Positions 28,294 to 38,431 of a DNA stretch of 64,000 nt are shown piece by piece; positions within the stretch are counted from its first letter, which is position 1; each line of letters opens with the position of its first letter. The notes beneath the pieces are model-generated. The model ran no database searches, had not been told where the DNA came from, and worked only from the letters and a program-made list of their open reading frames with translations. Both the position numbers and the translations under genes were made by a program. Origin of the DNA: an uncultured Candidatus Binatia bacterium (GTDB taxonomy: Bacteria > Desulfobacterota > Binatia > UBA9968 > JAJDTQ01); the NCBI GenBank assembly GCA_965213675.1, contig CBDCAF010000016.1:1-64000 (forward strand), in the 5' to 3' direction.

Positions 28294-30023
28294 ACGCCGA
28301 ACGCTTGCTAGCCCTGTATGATCGGGTGGCGGAAGCGCCCGACGCCATTCCCCGCCTGCGTCGTTTCGTGCTCGACCTCGCTGTGCGAGGAAGACTGTTG
28401 GCGCAGGATCTGGCGGATGAACCGGCAGCGGAGTTGCTCAAGAGAATAGCGGAGGAAAAAGCACGACTGAGAGTTCGGCACCATGTCAAACCGCTCGCCG
28501 CGCAGGAAATCCCGTTTGTTCTTCCTGCGGGTTGGCTTTGGAACCGGCTCGGGGAGCTTTGCACCAAAACCGGTTCTGGTAGTACCCCACGCGGTGGCAA
28601 AAGCGTATACAAGGACAATGGAATTCTGTTTCTTCGTTCTCAAAATGTGTATGACGACTGCCTGCGACTCGACGAAGTAGCCCGAATTGAACCTGGCGTT
28701 CACGCTCGTATGGCGGGGACCGCTGTCCAACCGAGAGACCTTCTCCTGAACATAACTGGTGGTTCCATGGGTCGGTGCTGTCGCGTACCTGACGAGTTTG
28801 GGAAGGCCAACCTTAACCAGCACGTCGCCATAATCCGCCCAGCAGTTCTCGAAATGGCCGACTTTCTTCATAAACTCGTGCTGTCACCCTACTTCCAGTC
28901 CTTCATCGTCGATGAACAGACCGGCGCGGGACGCGGTGGCCTCCCGAAGAACAAAATGGATCGGATAGCTGTCGCGGTCCCACCCCTCGCCGAACAGCAT
29001 CGCATCGTCGCCAAGGTCGATGAACTCATGACCCTCTGCGACGAATTGGAAGAAGCCCGTGCCACACGCGCGGAGACCCGCGACCGGCTGACCAAATCTA
29101 GTCTTGGCCGCTTGAGTGCACCTGAAGCGGATGATGAGACTCTTCGCTCCCACGCTCGTTTCGCCATCGATGCCTTCCCCGCACATACAGCGCGTATCAA
29201 CCAAATCAAACACCTTCGCCAAGTCATCTTCGACCTCGCCGTGCGAGGCAAACTAGTAGAGCAGGATCCGGCGGACGAACCGGCGGCGGAGTTGCTGGAA
29301 CGGATAGCGGTGGAGAAGGCGAGACTGGTGAAGGCGTGCACGACTGGAATGCCGAAAGCTTCGGTACAGGCTGACTGCGATGATTTGCCGTTTTTTCTTC
29401 CCAGAGGTTGGACTTGGACGCAGATCGCAGAACTTGGCTTGATTAGTCCGCGCAATGATTTTGCCGACGATCATGTGGCGTCCTTCGTTCCGATGCCTTT
29501 GATTCCGCGAGATTGGCGTGCTTCCAATACTCATCAGACTCGCCCGTGGGGCGAGATAAAGAGGGGTTACACTCATTTCGCTGACGGAGACGTTGCGCTG
29601 GCGAAGATCACGCCATGCTTTGAGAATGGCAAGTCCGTCGTTTTCCGCGATCTGACAGGTGGCGTCGGGAGCGGCACGACCGAGCTTCATGTTGTCCGCC
29701 CCATCTGTATGGACGCGGACTACATCCTGCTGTTTCTAAAGACCCCATTTTTCATTGAGACTGGCGTCACGAGAATGACTGGTACAGCGGGCCAAAAACG
29801 CGTGCCAAGAGATCACTTCGCAAACTCACCGTTTCCCCTCCCACCCCTAGCCGAACAGCATCGCATCGTCGCCAAGGTCGATGAACTCATGACCCTCTGC
29901 GACCGTCTGGATACACGTCTTGCTGCAACAGCCTCCGCTCACCAGCGCCTCCTCGAATCTCTGCTTCGGGAATCACTGGCGCCCACCGCAAATTTACTTG
30001 AGGCACTTGAGGAAGCCAAATAA
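28290..30023 (+). CDS. hsdS: Type I specificity subunit S
   Basis: Two TRDs; duplicated blocks DLAVRG.L..QD.ADEPAAELL and PPLAEQHRIVAKVDELMTLCD. Confidence 0.96.
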   Translation: MNAERLLALYDRVAEAPDAIPRLRRFVLDLAVRGRLLAQDLADEPAAELLKRIAEEKARLRVRHHVKPLAAQEIPFVLPAGWLWNRLGELCTKTGSGSTPRGGKSVYKDNGILFLRSQNVYDDCLRLDEVARIEPGVHARMAGTAVQPRDLLLNITGGSMGRCCRVPDEFGKANLNQHVAIIRPAVLEMADFLHKLVLSPYFQSFIVDEQTGAGRGGLPKNKMDRIAVAVPPLAEQHRIVAKVDELMTLCDELEEARATRAETRDRLTKSSLGRLSAPEADDETLRSHARFAIDAFPAHTARINQIKHLRQVIFDLAVRGKLVEQDPADEPAAELLERIAVEKARLVKACTTGMPKASVQADCDDLPFFLPRGWTWTQIAELGLISPRNDFADDHVASFVPMPLIPRDWRASNTHQTRPWGEIKRGYTHFADGDVALAKITPCFENGKSVVFRDLTGGVGSGTTELHVVRPICMDADYILLFLKTPFFIETGVTRMTGTAGQKRVPRDHFANSPFPLPPLAEQHRIVAKVDELMTLCDRLDTRLAATASAHQRLLESLLRESLAPTANLLEALEEAK

Positions 30024-30182
30024 GCCGTTGCTTCAGATCCTCAACGAGGTGGGTACGTTAACATGCCTCTGTCGGGTTGACGGCGATGGACGGACGTTCG
30101 GTGACCCCCCAAAGGGAACGAGGCATCCGGTACGCGTCGAGGACACGCATGCCACAGAGACTGGAGAGACTCCCAAGGGAAG

Positions 30183-30333
30183 TGTAGCGGACAACTGTAA
30201 ATGTCCCATTTGTGTCAATCGAAAATGTCCCACATAGAAGATTGCGAGGAGGTGTACGTCGGGCCAGTCTGTTGGCAAAAGCCAACAGGAATGGCGCGGC
30301 GAACCGATGCACGGATGGGAGACAAGGATGTTA
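30183..30333 (+). mobile_element. Left-end remnant of an IS1202/ISNCY-like element
   Basis: TGT terminus, two 17-bp repeats caa..g.aaatgtccca at 24-bp period, then ATG (30315) MGDKDV cut by IS5. Confidence 0.55.
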
Positions 30334-31509
30334 GGGAAGATCTAAACAAGAGACCTTTCACATGTCATTATGGCGAAAACGGCAGGGCATGGAGGGGGAA
30401 CGATGAGACAGGCGAGCTTCGCGGAGCTGGAACATGATGGGAAGAAGCGTCGGACGCGGCGGGAGGAGTTTTTGGAGAAGATGGAGGGGCTGATACCGTG
30501 GAGGCGTCTGGAGAAGCGGATAGAGGCATTTTAGCCGAAGGCGGGACGTGGACGGCGGCCGGACCCGTTGGGGGTGATGCTGCGGGTGCACTGTGTGCAG
30601 TTGTTCTACAACCTGAGCGACCCTGGGATGGAAGACCTTTTATACGAGGTGGAGTCGGTGCGGCGCTTTGTGGGGCTGCGGCTTTCGGGACCATTGCCGG
30701 ACGAGACAACGATCCTGAATTTTCGTCACCTGCTGGAGGAGCACGGACTGGGGGAGAAGCTGTTCGAGGAGATCAACGCGCACTTGGCCTCGTTGGGGCG
30801 GCGGTTGAAGACGGGGACGATCGTGGACGCGAGCATCATCGCGGCGCCGTCATCGACGAAGAACCTCAAGGGGGAGCGGGACCCTGAGATGCACCAGACG
30901 AAGAAGGGGAAGCAGTGGTACTTCGGGATGAAGGCGCATATCGGAGTGGACGCGGAGTCGGGGTTGACACACAGCCTGGAGACGACGCCGGCCAACGTGT
31001 CGGACGTGGCGACGGCGCACGCGCTACGGCACGGGGACGAGGAGCAGGTGTGGGGACACGGGCTACCAGGGGGTGGGCAAGCGTGAGGAGAACCGGGACG
31101 CGCAGGTGGACTGGCAGGTGGCGATGAAGCCGGGCCAGCGCCGGAAGCTGGAGAAGATCGGACCGGAAGAAGCGGCGGAGAAGCGCAAGGCGTCGGTGCG
31201 GGCCAAGGTGGAGCATCCCTTTCTGTACGTGAAGCGCCACTTCGGCTACGCCAAGGTGCGCTACCGCGGGCTGTGGAAGAACACCCAGCGCATCGCCGTA
31301 CTGCTCGGGTTCACCAATCTGCTCATCGCAGGGCGCTACGCTTGAGGTCCTGAGGCGGGACCGGTCCGCCCGCTGCGGCAAGGGAGGGCGAAATACCTGC
31401 GGTTTGGTCATAAAACGAGGCCCCGGAACCCTTATCCCCGGTCCCGGGGGTTGAACTGTTCGGACGTTTTCCCCGCGCCCACCAAAATCGAGGTTGTTAA
31501 GACTTTCCC
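30334..31509 (+). mobile_element. IS5-family insertion sequence (1176 bp)
   Basis: Imperfect TIRs gggaagatctaaacaa / revcomp gggaaagtcttaacaa, flanked by TA on both sides. Confidence 0.9.
30403..31345 (+). pseudogene. IS5 transposase pseudogene
   Basis: MRQASFAE..., in-frame TAG at 30532, [28 protein letters not shown], frameshift near 31058, RAKVEHPF. Confidence 0.92.
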
Positions 31510-31537
31510 TAAAGCAGTGGAAAGCCGTGCATAATCG

Positions 31538-31626
31538 GCGTTCCCCGCACACGCGGGGATGAACCGCGGAAACCGTGTCGCTGAATGAGCCCCGTCCCGT
31601 GATCGCCGAACACTCAGGGTGACCCG
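31538..31626 (+). CRISPR. Type I-E CRISPR remnant: one intact repeat, 32-nt spacer, degenerate terminal repeat
   Basis: gcgttccccgcacacgcggggatgaaccg (31538-31566); spacer 31567-31598; gtgatcgccgaacactcagggtgacccg (31599-31626, 21/29 match). Confidence 0.8.
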
Positions 31627-31826
31627 CCGAAAATGCTGTTAGACACTGATGCCGTTGACAGACACTGTTTATTGAGGCGGTCCTGGATGGCAGACGCGGA
31701 TCGATCAAGCGCTTCAGGAATGGGTCGCGACACATCGCCGCGCGTGATCCTCTGGATCGGCCACCCACTTCAGCCGGACTCGCCTGCCCGTTTCCGGCGC
31801 CATAGACACCAGGCACAGGAGCAATC

Positions 31827-34043
31827 ATGGATCTCAAGGTCGTAGGGCAACCGGTAGGGCGCGTAGAGGGTCCGGACAAGGTTTCCGGGCGGATGGTGTA
31901 CACGGCGGACGTGGACGTGCCGGAAGCGCTGTGGGGCAAGTGCTTGCGCAGCACGCTGGCGCATGCACGGCTAGTGCGGGTGGACGCATCGCGGGCGCGG
32001 CAGGTGCCGGGGGTGCGGGCGGTGCTGACGGGGGCGGACGTGCCGGATTTCCGCGTGGGCGTGAGCCTGCAGGATCTGCCGGTGCTGGCGCGGGACAAAG
32101 TACGCTTCATCGGCGACAAGATCGCGGCGGTGGCCGCGGACACCCTCGACGCGGCGGAGGAAGCGCTGGGGCTCATCAAGGTGGAATACGAAGAGTTGCC
32201 CGCGGCGGCGGACATTGAGGAGGCTCTCGCCGACGGGGCTCCGGTGATCCACGAGGAGCTGGCGGACTATGCGGGCGTTCCCGGCCGGCCGGAAGAACGG
32301 CCCAACGCGCTTTCTCTCAAAGAGCACACAGCCGGCGATGCGGCGCGGGGGATGGCGGAGGCGGAGGTGGTCGTGGAGCACACCTTTCGCACGCCGGGGG
32401 TGCACCAGGTCTACCTGGAGCCCCACGCCACGGTGGTGTCGGCGGCGGACGACGGGCGCATCGACGTATGGGCGTCGTGCAAGGCGCCGTTCCGGCTCAA
32501 GCAGATGCTGGCGGCGCAACTGGCGTTGGAAGAGGCGAACATCCACGTGCATGGCGTGGCCCTGGGTGGAGACTTCGGCGGCAAGGGCTCCCAGATGGAC
32601 GTGCCGGTCTGTTACTACCTCGCCAAGGCCGCGGGGCGCCCGGTGAGGATGGTGATGAACTACACCGAGGAGTTGATGGCCGGCGACCCGCGCCACGGCT
32701 CGGTGATGCGCGTCAAGCTCGGGGCGAAGCGCGACGGCGCCCTGGTGGCCCTGGACAGCGACATCGACTTCGACAGCGGCGCCTACTCGGGCTTCAAGCC
32801 CTCGGAAATCGACGGCACGTTCATCGTCAATGCCTACCGTATCCCCCACTACGCCATCCGCACGCGCAACGTCTACACCAACAGCGTGCCCGGCGGCTAC
32901 ATGAAGTCGCCGGGGCAGCCTCAGACCGTGTTCGCCATCGAGTCGCTGCTGGACATGCTGGCGCGGAAACTCGACATGGACCCGGTGGCGCTCCGGCTGA
33001 AGAACCTGATGCAGGACGGCGACACGTTGCCCAACAAGCGCGGCATGCAGAAGATCCGCTGCCGCGAAACCATCGAGGCCGCGCTCGAGGCGGCGGGCTG
33101 GAACGACGTTCCCGCCAGCCCGGACACCGGCCGGGGCATGGCCCTCTCCTTTCGCCACACCGGCGGCAGCGGCACCGTGAACCTGGAGCTGACCTGCGAC
33201 GCCAGCGGCGGGGTCACGGTGCTCACCGCCATCCCCGACATCGGCACCGGCACGCATACCTTGCTGCGCCAGATCACCGCGGAGATGCTGACCTTGCCGG
33301 CGGACCGGGTGCAGGTGGCGCGCGGCGACACCGATACCTTTGACACCGATGCCGAACCCGGCGGCAGCAAGATCACCGCCATGGTGGGGCGCGGCCTGGT
33401 GGAAGCGGTGGAGGAGCTGCGCCACCGGATGACGGAGGCCGCCGCCCAGGCCCTCGGCTGCCGGCCCGAGGCGGTGACCCTGGCGGACGGCCGCTTCAGC
33501 GCCAGCGGCGCGGCCCTGGCCTTCGCCGACGTGGCCGGAAAACTCATCGCCGAAGACAAGGCGCTGTCGGTGCACAAGTCCTACCGGCCCGAGCGCTCGC
33601 CCGTGCCGGCGTTCTTCGTGCAAGTGGCAGAGGTCGCGGTGGACCGGGAGACCGGCGTCGTGGACGTGAAGAAAGTGGTGACCGCCCACGACGTCGGCAC
33701 GATCATCAACCCCCTGGGCCACCAGGGACAGATCGACGGCGGCTTCGTGCAGGGGCTGGGCTACGCGGTCATGGAGGAGATGGTCAAGGACGGGCCGCGG
33801 GTCACCACCCTCAACCTCGGCGACTACTGCGTGCCGTGCGTGAAGGACCTGCCGCAGCTCGAGACCGTGCTGGTGGAGGACCAGACCGGCCCCGGTCCCT
33901 ACAACGCCAAGGCCATTGGGGAAATGAGCATCGTGCCCACGGCCCCGGCCATCGCCAACGCGGTGGAGGCCGCGGTGGGGATACGCATTCTCGATCTGCC
34001 CATCACGGCGGAGAAGGTGTTCAACGCGTTGCGGGACAGGTGA
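31827..34043 (+). CDS. Xanthine dehydrogenase family molybdopterin-binding subunit
   Basis: LRSTLAHAR, YLEPH, GGDFGGKG, DIGTG, GQIDGG, KAIGE. Confidence 0.95.
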   Translation: MDLKVVGQPVGRVEGPDKVSGRMVYTADVDVPEALWGKCLRSTLAHARLVRVDASRARQVPGVRAVLTGADVPDFRVGVSLQDLPVLARDKVRFIGDKIAAVAADTLDAAEEALGLIKVEYEELPAAADIEEALADGAPVIHEELADYAGVPGRPEERPNALSLKEHTAGDAARGMAEAEVVVEHTFRTPGVHQVYLEPHATVVSAADDGRIDVWASCKAPFRLKQMLAAQLALEEANIHVHGVALGGDFGGKGSQMDVPVCYYLAKAAGRPVRMVMNYTEELMAGDPRHGSVMRVKLGAKRDGALVALDSDIDFDSGAYSGFKPSEIDGTFIVNAYRIPHYAIRTRNVYTNSVPGGYMKSPGQPQTVFAIESLLDMLARKLDMDPVALRLKNLMQDGDTLPNKRGMQKIRCRETIEAALEAAGWNDVPASPDTGRGMALSFRHTGGSGTVNLELTCDASGGVTVLTAIPDIGTGTHTLLRQITAEMLTLPADRVQVARGDTDTFDTDAEPGGSKITAMVGRGLVEAVEELRHRMTEAAAQALGCRPEAVTLADGRFSASGAALAFADVAGKLIAEDKALSVHKSYRPERSPVPAFFVQVAEVAVDRETGVVDVKKVVTAHDVGTIINPLGHQGQIDGGFVQGLGYAVMEEMVKDGPRVTTLNLGDYCVPCVKDLPQLETVLVEDQTGPGPYNAKAIGEMSIVPTAPAIANAVEAAVGIRILDLPITAEKVFNALRDR

Positions 34044-34063
34044 ACGGGCGCCCAACGTACGCC

Positions 34064-34087
34064 GATTCCCGCTTTCGCGAGAATGAC
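34064..34087 (-). repeat. REP-like palindrome (GTCATTCCCGCGAAAGCGGGAATC type)
   Basis: gattcccgctttcgcgagaatgac between convergent genes; degenerate relative near 3926-3949. Confidence 0.6.
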
Positions 34088-34198
34088 GATTCCGGGGGTC
34101 GCTCCCTCTTCCGGATGGTGTTTTGACACAGCCTGTTTCGCCGGAGTGACGGAAAGGGCGCGGGAACGATGATCCGAAGGGTTCGTCGCGGTAACGTC

Positions 34199-34846
34199 CT
34201 ACGACTTGGGCCAGGACGTGATCTGCGATTCAGGGCGCAGCTTGCTCCGGTCGTAGGTTTCCCAGTGGACGAAGTCGTCGACCTTGCGGCGCGGCTTGGG
34301 CTTGGGCCAGGCGCGCGGCCGCCCCACGGGCATCACCCAGAGCAGGCGCAGCGGACGCGGCACCTCGAACAGCGCGCGCAGTTCCGGCTCCACCTCCTTG
34401 CGCACCGAGACCCACACCGTGCCGAAGCCCATGGTCGCGGCGGCCAGCATCATGTGTTCCACCGCGTTGGCCACGTTGGCCTGGAAGAGCTTCTCCCGAT
34501 CCGACGGCTGACGCGTGGTGAGATAGACCCGCCGGGTGCGGGCGTCGCCGCACACCAGGACCAAGGCGTTCACGTCGCCCACGTAATCCTTCTTGAGACC
34601 CTTGTAGTTCACCGGGTCCTCGCGCTTGCGCTGATTCCACTCGGCGGAATAGATGGCCCGCACCTTGCGCATCCTGGCCCGGTCGCGGGTCACGATGAAC
34701 TCCCATGGCTGGCTGTTGGCCCCGGACGGTGCAAGCCGGGCCGCCTCGAACATGAACGCAAGCTGCTCGTCGGTGATCCGCCCGCTCCGGTAGACGCGCA
34801 CACTTCGCCGCGCCGCCATCACTTCCAGCAGTTCCTGTATTTCCAT
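34199..34846 (-). CDS. Nitroreductase family protein
   Basis: RRSVRVY, APSGANSQPWEF, MMLAAATMGFGTVW. Confidence 0.93.
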   Translation of the reverse strand: MEIQELLEVMAARRSVRVYRSGRITDEQLAFMFEAARLAPSGANSQPWEFIVTRDRARMRKVRAIYSAEWNQRKREDPVNYKGLKKDYVGDVNALVLVCGDARTRRVYLTTRQPSDREKLFQANVANAVEHMMLAAATMGFGTVWVSVRKEVEPELRALFEVPRPLRLLWVMPVGRPRAWPKPKPRRKVDDFVHWETYDRSKLRPESQITSWPKS

Positions 34847-34967
34847 CGCGGTGTCCCTTCTCTCCAACCCTGAAAACATCCTGCGAACGATTCAAGCGGG
34901 CTTCCATTCCACCTTCAAACACAAGATGGCATCCTTGGCCACCCTGTGATACTTCTGCCGCAAGACC

Positions 34968-35819
34968 ATGATCCACGTTGTCGGAATCGTCGCGAAGTAC
35001 GGAGAGGAGAAGGCCGAGACGATCATGCGCGGGACCATACCGTGGCTGGAGGGCCGCGGCATGGAGGTGCTCGTCGAGGCGGAGTACGGCGCCGTGGGCG
35101 GAAACGTCGCGCGCAAGGGGGAGATGGCCGAACGCGCCGACCTGATCGTCGTCCTGGGCGGAGATGGCACGCTCCTGAGCATTGCCCGGCTGGTGGAACG
35201 GCCCGAGGTGCCCGTGGTGGGCGTGAACCTCGGGGGCCTCGGCTTCATTACCGAAATCGCGCTGGACGAACTCGAAGAAGTCCTCACGAGCACCATCGCT
35301 GAGAACTACACCATCGAGAAACGCATGACCTTGCAGGTCAGCATCGAAGGCCAGGACGGCGTCCAGCACCTCCGTATCCTCAACGACGCGGTCATCACCA
35401 AGGGCGCCCGTTCCAAGATCATCAATCTGGAAACCTACGTCGGCAGCGATTACCTGTGCACCTACCGGGCCGACGGACTCATCATCTCCACGCCCACGGG
35501 ATCGACGGCGTATTCGCTGGCCGCGGGAGGCCCGATTCTTCATCCGGCCATGAGCGCCATCATCCTCTGTCCCATCTGCCCGCACACGCTGACCACCAAC
35601 CGGCCCATCGTCATCGCCAGCGACGCGCGCATCCGATCCACCCTGAGATCGTCCGGAGACACCGTCATCCTGATCCCCGACGGTCAGGAGGGAATCCTGT
35701 TGAACAACGGCGACCGCGTAGAGGTGCGCCGGCACAAGTCGCCGGTGTCGCTCGTGCGTATTCCCACGCGGTCGTATTTCGACGTACTCCGCAACAAACT
35801 CAAGTGGGGAGAGCGCTAG
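34968..35819 (+). CDS. nadK: NAD(+) kinase
   Basis: LGGDGT, NLGGLGF, LND, DGLIISTPTGSTAYSLAAGGP. Confidence 0.96.
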   Translation: MIHVVGIVAKYGEEKAETIMRGTIPWLEGRGMEVLVEAEYGAVGGNVARKGEMAERADLIVVLGGDGTLLSIARLVERPEVPVVGVNLGGLGFITEIALDELEEVLTSTIAENYTIEKRMTLQVSIEGQDGVQHLRILNDAVITKGARSKIINLETYVGSDYLCTYRADGLIISTPTGSTAYSLAAGGPILHPAMSAIILCPICPHTLTTNRPIVIASDARIRSTLRSSGDTVILIPDGQEGILLNNGDRVEVRRHKSPVSLVRIPTRSYFDVLRNKLKWGER

Positions 35820-35979
35820 TGTGGTGTCTGGTTAATTCGCGTCATAATCTGCGGAGGATTTTTTGTTGTCGGCAAGGCGCGATGACGAGCAGTGGCGGGT
35901 ACCACGCGAGGAAGAGCAACGCAGCCGACGGCGAATAAGACCCGCAGATTATGCGCGAATTAACCAGACACCACACTAG
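35816..35979. mobile_element. MITE-like element, family A copy 2
   Basis: Near-perfect TIR ctagtgtggtgtctggttaattcgcg / cgcgaattaaccagacaccacactag; overlaps the nadK stop. Confidence 0.9.
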
Positions 35980-36115
35980 CCGTGACCGCCTCGCGTGACG
36001 CCGGGCACGTCAGGGGAGACAACAAGGCCGCCCTGCTGGTGCGCTACAGCCGCAGGTTCTGAGGCGGGCGTGGATCGCGCCCGGACCGGGAACTCGGGCT
36101 CGGACGGTGAAAAGG

Positions 36116-38431
36116 TCAGAATTCGAACCCCACCCGCACTCCCGCAAGAGTCTCCGTCCGGCCGAACCCGTCCTGCACCGCCATCACGCCCAGTGCGACG
36201 GACGCGCTCGATTCGTCGGCCAGGCGGACGGTCAGCGCAGCCTTGTTGAGGGACAGGAGGTCCCGGCCGCGCAGCACGACATCCCGATAGGCGATCCGGC
36301 CGCTCTCGTCCACACCGGTAGCCGCTCGAATGCGGCCCGCGACCGAAGAGACCGGCCGCTCGGCGCCCAGCCGCGCCCCGACCGTGACGAAACGGTGGAG
36401 CCGGAAGGAGACATCGAGGTCCACCGAAGCAAGCTGTGCATCGTCGAAGCGCAACAGCGGCCCGCCCCGAACCGCAAGATGCGCCAGACGGTTCGTGACG
36501 TCGATACGAACCGTCTGGCGGGCCATGACATTGCGTCTCCACGCAAGCTCGACGCTGTCGCCCTTGAGGCCGAAGGCGCCCGAACCTTGCCAGCCCATGG
36601 GCCGGTGCAGTTCCTGTGCAAAGGCCACGCCAAACGTGTCAACTCCGGCGGCTTCTCCTGAACGGTTCGAGGAGAACGACGCCGCCAGCACCGTCTGCGG
36701 GTTCCACCCCGAAATCCCGACACCCCCGGCCTCCCGTTCCCGAACGCCCCTCGCCGCCACGGCCTGCCAGCGGCCAAGCTCGCCGCTGAAACCCAAGGCG
36801 ATCCCGGCCGCCTCTCCTGACATCCGGTAGCCGCTTACCGGAAGCCCGGGTCCGCCCAGATGCGCCAGACTCTGCACAACGCCCCGTCCCTGGCCGATTC
36901 CGACGAACGAGCGCTGGCCCACGAGACCACCCGCCCGGCTGCCGTAACCGTCGGCAGCAACCGTACCCAGGCCGTTCCGCTCACTGTAGTGTTGGCGCTG
37001 CGGCACCAGGTCGAGGTCGTCCATGGAGAGATACGGACCGCGCGCCTCGGCCAAGACGTCCAGTCCGACTTCGAACGGCGCACGCTGGAAACCGTCCAGA
37101 ACCACGATGGTCCGGCCGCCCAGGTACCGCTCGATCGCGTCGCGCGGCAGCACGACTTGCGCCCCGTCGGTCGGCACGACCGCTCCCTCGTCCATGGCGC
37201 CCACCGCGAAGTTCGTGCCGCCCATCGGCCGCGAAGCGGCGTCCAGGTCGAGCCGTCCCTGTCCGTAGATCTCCCTTTGGCCGTAGTGGGAGGATTTGTC
37301 GGCCGTTGCGAGAATGCGCGCGCGCACGTCGTGGTAGCTCAGGTTCGGGAACATGCTCTTCAACGCCGCCAGACCGGCCGTGACATAGGGTGCCGCCACC
37401 GAGGTGCCTCCAGCGAAATCCCAAAGTCCGCTGCGCCGGGTCGTGAGGAGCAATCCCGGCGCGGCAATGCACCAGTCGGCCGCAACCCCGCACAGCGACG
37501 AATACCCCGCTATGCGGCCTTCCGAGCCGATGCCCACCACCGCCAGCCATCCCTTCTCCAGGTCCGGAAAGTGCCTGGGCAGCACCGCCTCCATGTGCGG
37601 GTTGACACTTCTGCTGTTCCCGGCCGCCCACACGACGACACCGCCCGCCTCCACATAGGCCCGGAACGCCGGCAGCGACTTCGGCATGATGCGGCCGACG
37701 TAGTCGTCCGTCAGGTTAAGGTCCAAGCTCCACGACTTGGTTCGGAACCAGCTCATGTTCGTGGCGCCGACCCCGAGCGACCGCATCCAGTCAATTCCCC
37801 GAGCGGTCTGCCGGTCGAAGACTCCGCCCCACAAATGCTGGAGTGCACCGAGCCCGCAGTCGGAGCATGTCCCGTCGTCCCAGGGAACCGGAGCCGAGTT
37901 CCCGTAGGATGCAATCCGGGCCTCGTAGGCCACGCCGTACACCCCCGCCCCGTTTCTGCTGGCCGCGACAACCCCGAGCACGTTCGTGCCGTGACCGTCG
38001 GTGTCGTACAGCGGACTATGGTCGGCCCTGTCGAGTTCGGTACGCCGGTCGTCGTCGCTGCCCATCGCGCCGCTGCACAGACCCATGGAGCAACTGGCGG
38101 CATACTGCCCGCGCAAGTCGACATGGTCGGAGTTCACCCCGGAGTCGAACACCCCGACCGTTTCGCCCGCCCCGGTCCCCCCTCGGCCGTGCATCGCCGT
38201 GACCCTCGCCGCTTCCTCCCTCGCTACCCTGCGCTCCTGGCCGGAGCCGCCGTGCCACGTCGCCGGGAAACCCACCGGATGTTCACGGTCCGGCGTGAAA
38301 CCTCCGGTGTCCGGGGGTGGTGGTGGAGGCGGCGGCGCTGACCTATCGCCGCCGCAGCCGGACAAGGCCATGAGTGCCGCGGCCAGAATCAACGCCCGGA
38401 GCAGACGACCTGGACTCCGTGCCAATCTCAT
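36116..38431 (-). CDS. S8 subtilase lipoprotein with probable C-terminal beta-barrel (autotransporter-like)
   Basis: Lipobox LSGC + poly-Pro; triad FDSG, HGTNV, GTSVAAP; YGQGRLDL; terminal GVRVGFEF. Confidence 0.88.
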   Translation of the reverse strand: MRLARSPGRLLRALILAAALMALSGCGGDRSAPPPPPPPPDTGGFTPDREHPVGFPATWHGGSGQERRVAREEAARVTAMHGRGGTGAGETVGVFDSGVNSDHVDLRGQYAASCSMGLCSGAMGSDDDRRTELDRADHSPLYDTDGHGTNVLGVVAASRNGAGVYGVAYEARIASYGNSAPVPWDDGTCSDCGLGALQHLWGGVFDRQTARGIDWMRSLGVGATNMSWFRTKSWSLDLNLTDDYVGRIMPKSLPAFRAYVEAGGVVVWAAGNSRSVNPHMEAVLPRHFPDLEKGWLAVVGIGSEGRIAGYSSLCGVAADWCIAAPGLLLTTRRSGLWDFAGGTSVAAPYVTAGLAALKSMFPNLSYHDVRARILATADKSSHYGQREIYGQGRLDLDAASRPMGGTNFAVGAMDEGAVVPTDGAQVVLPRDAIERYLGGRTIVVLDGFQRAPFEVGLDVLAEARGPYLSMDDLDLVPQRQHYSERNGLGTVAADGYGSRAGGLVGQRSFVGIGQGRGVVQSLAHLGGPGLPVSGYRMSGEAAGIALGFSGELGRWQAVAARGVREREAGGVGISGWNPQTVLAASFSSNRSGEAAGVDTFGVAFAQELHRPMGWQGSGAFGLKGDSVELAWRRNVMARQTVRIDVTNRLAHLAVRGGPLLRFDDAQLASVDLDVSFRLHRFVTVGARLGAERPVSSVAGRIRAATGVDESGRIAYRDVVLRGRDLLSLNKAALTVRLADESSASVALGVMAVQDGFGRTETLAGVRVGFEF

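Noticed and set aside
28980-29902. ~60-bp direct repeats inside hsdS
   Set aside because: Expected conserved regions of HsdS; no invertase or silent hsdS copy to suggest a shufflon
30287-30306. ggcgcggcgaaccg as a further CRISPR repeat left of IS5
   Set aside because: Only the last 6 nt match, and the spacing after removing IS5 would be 53 nt rather than 32
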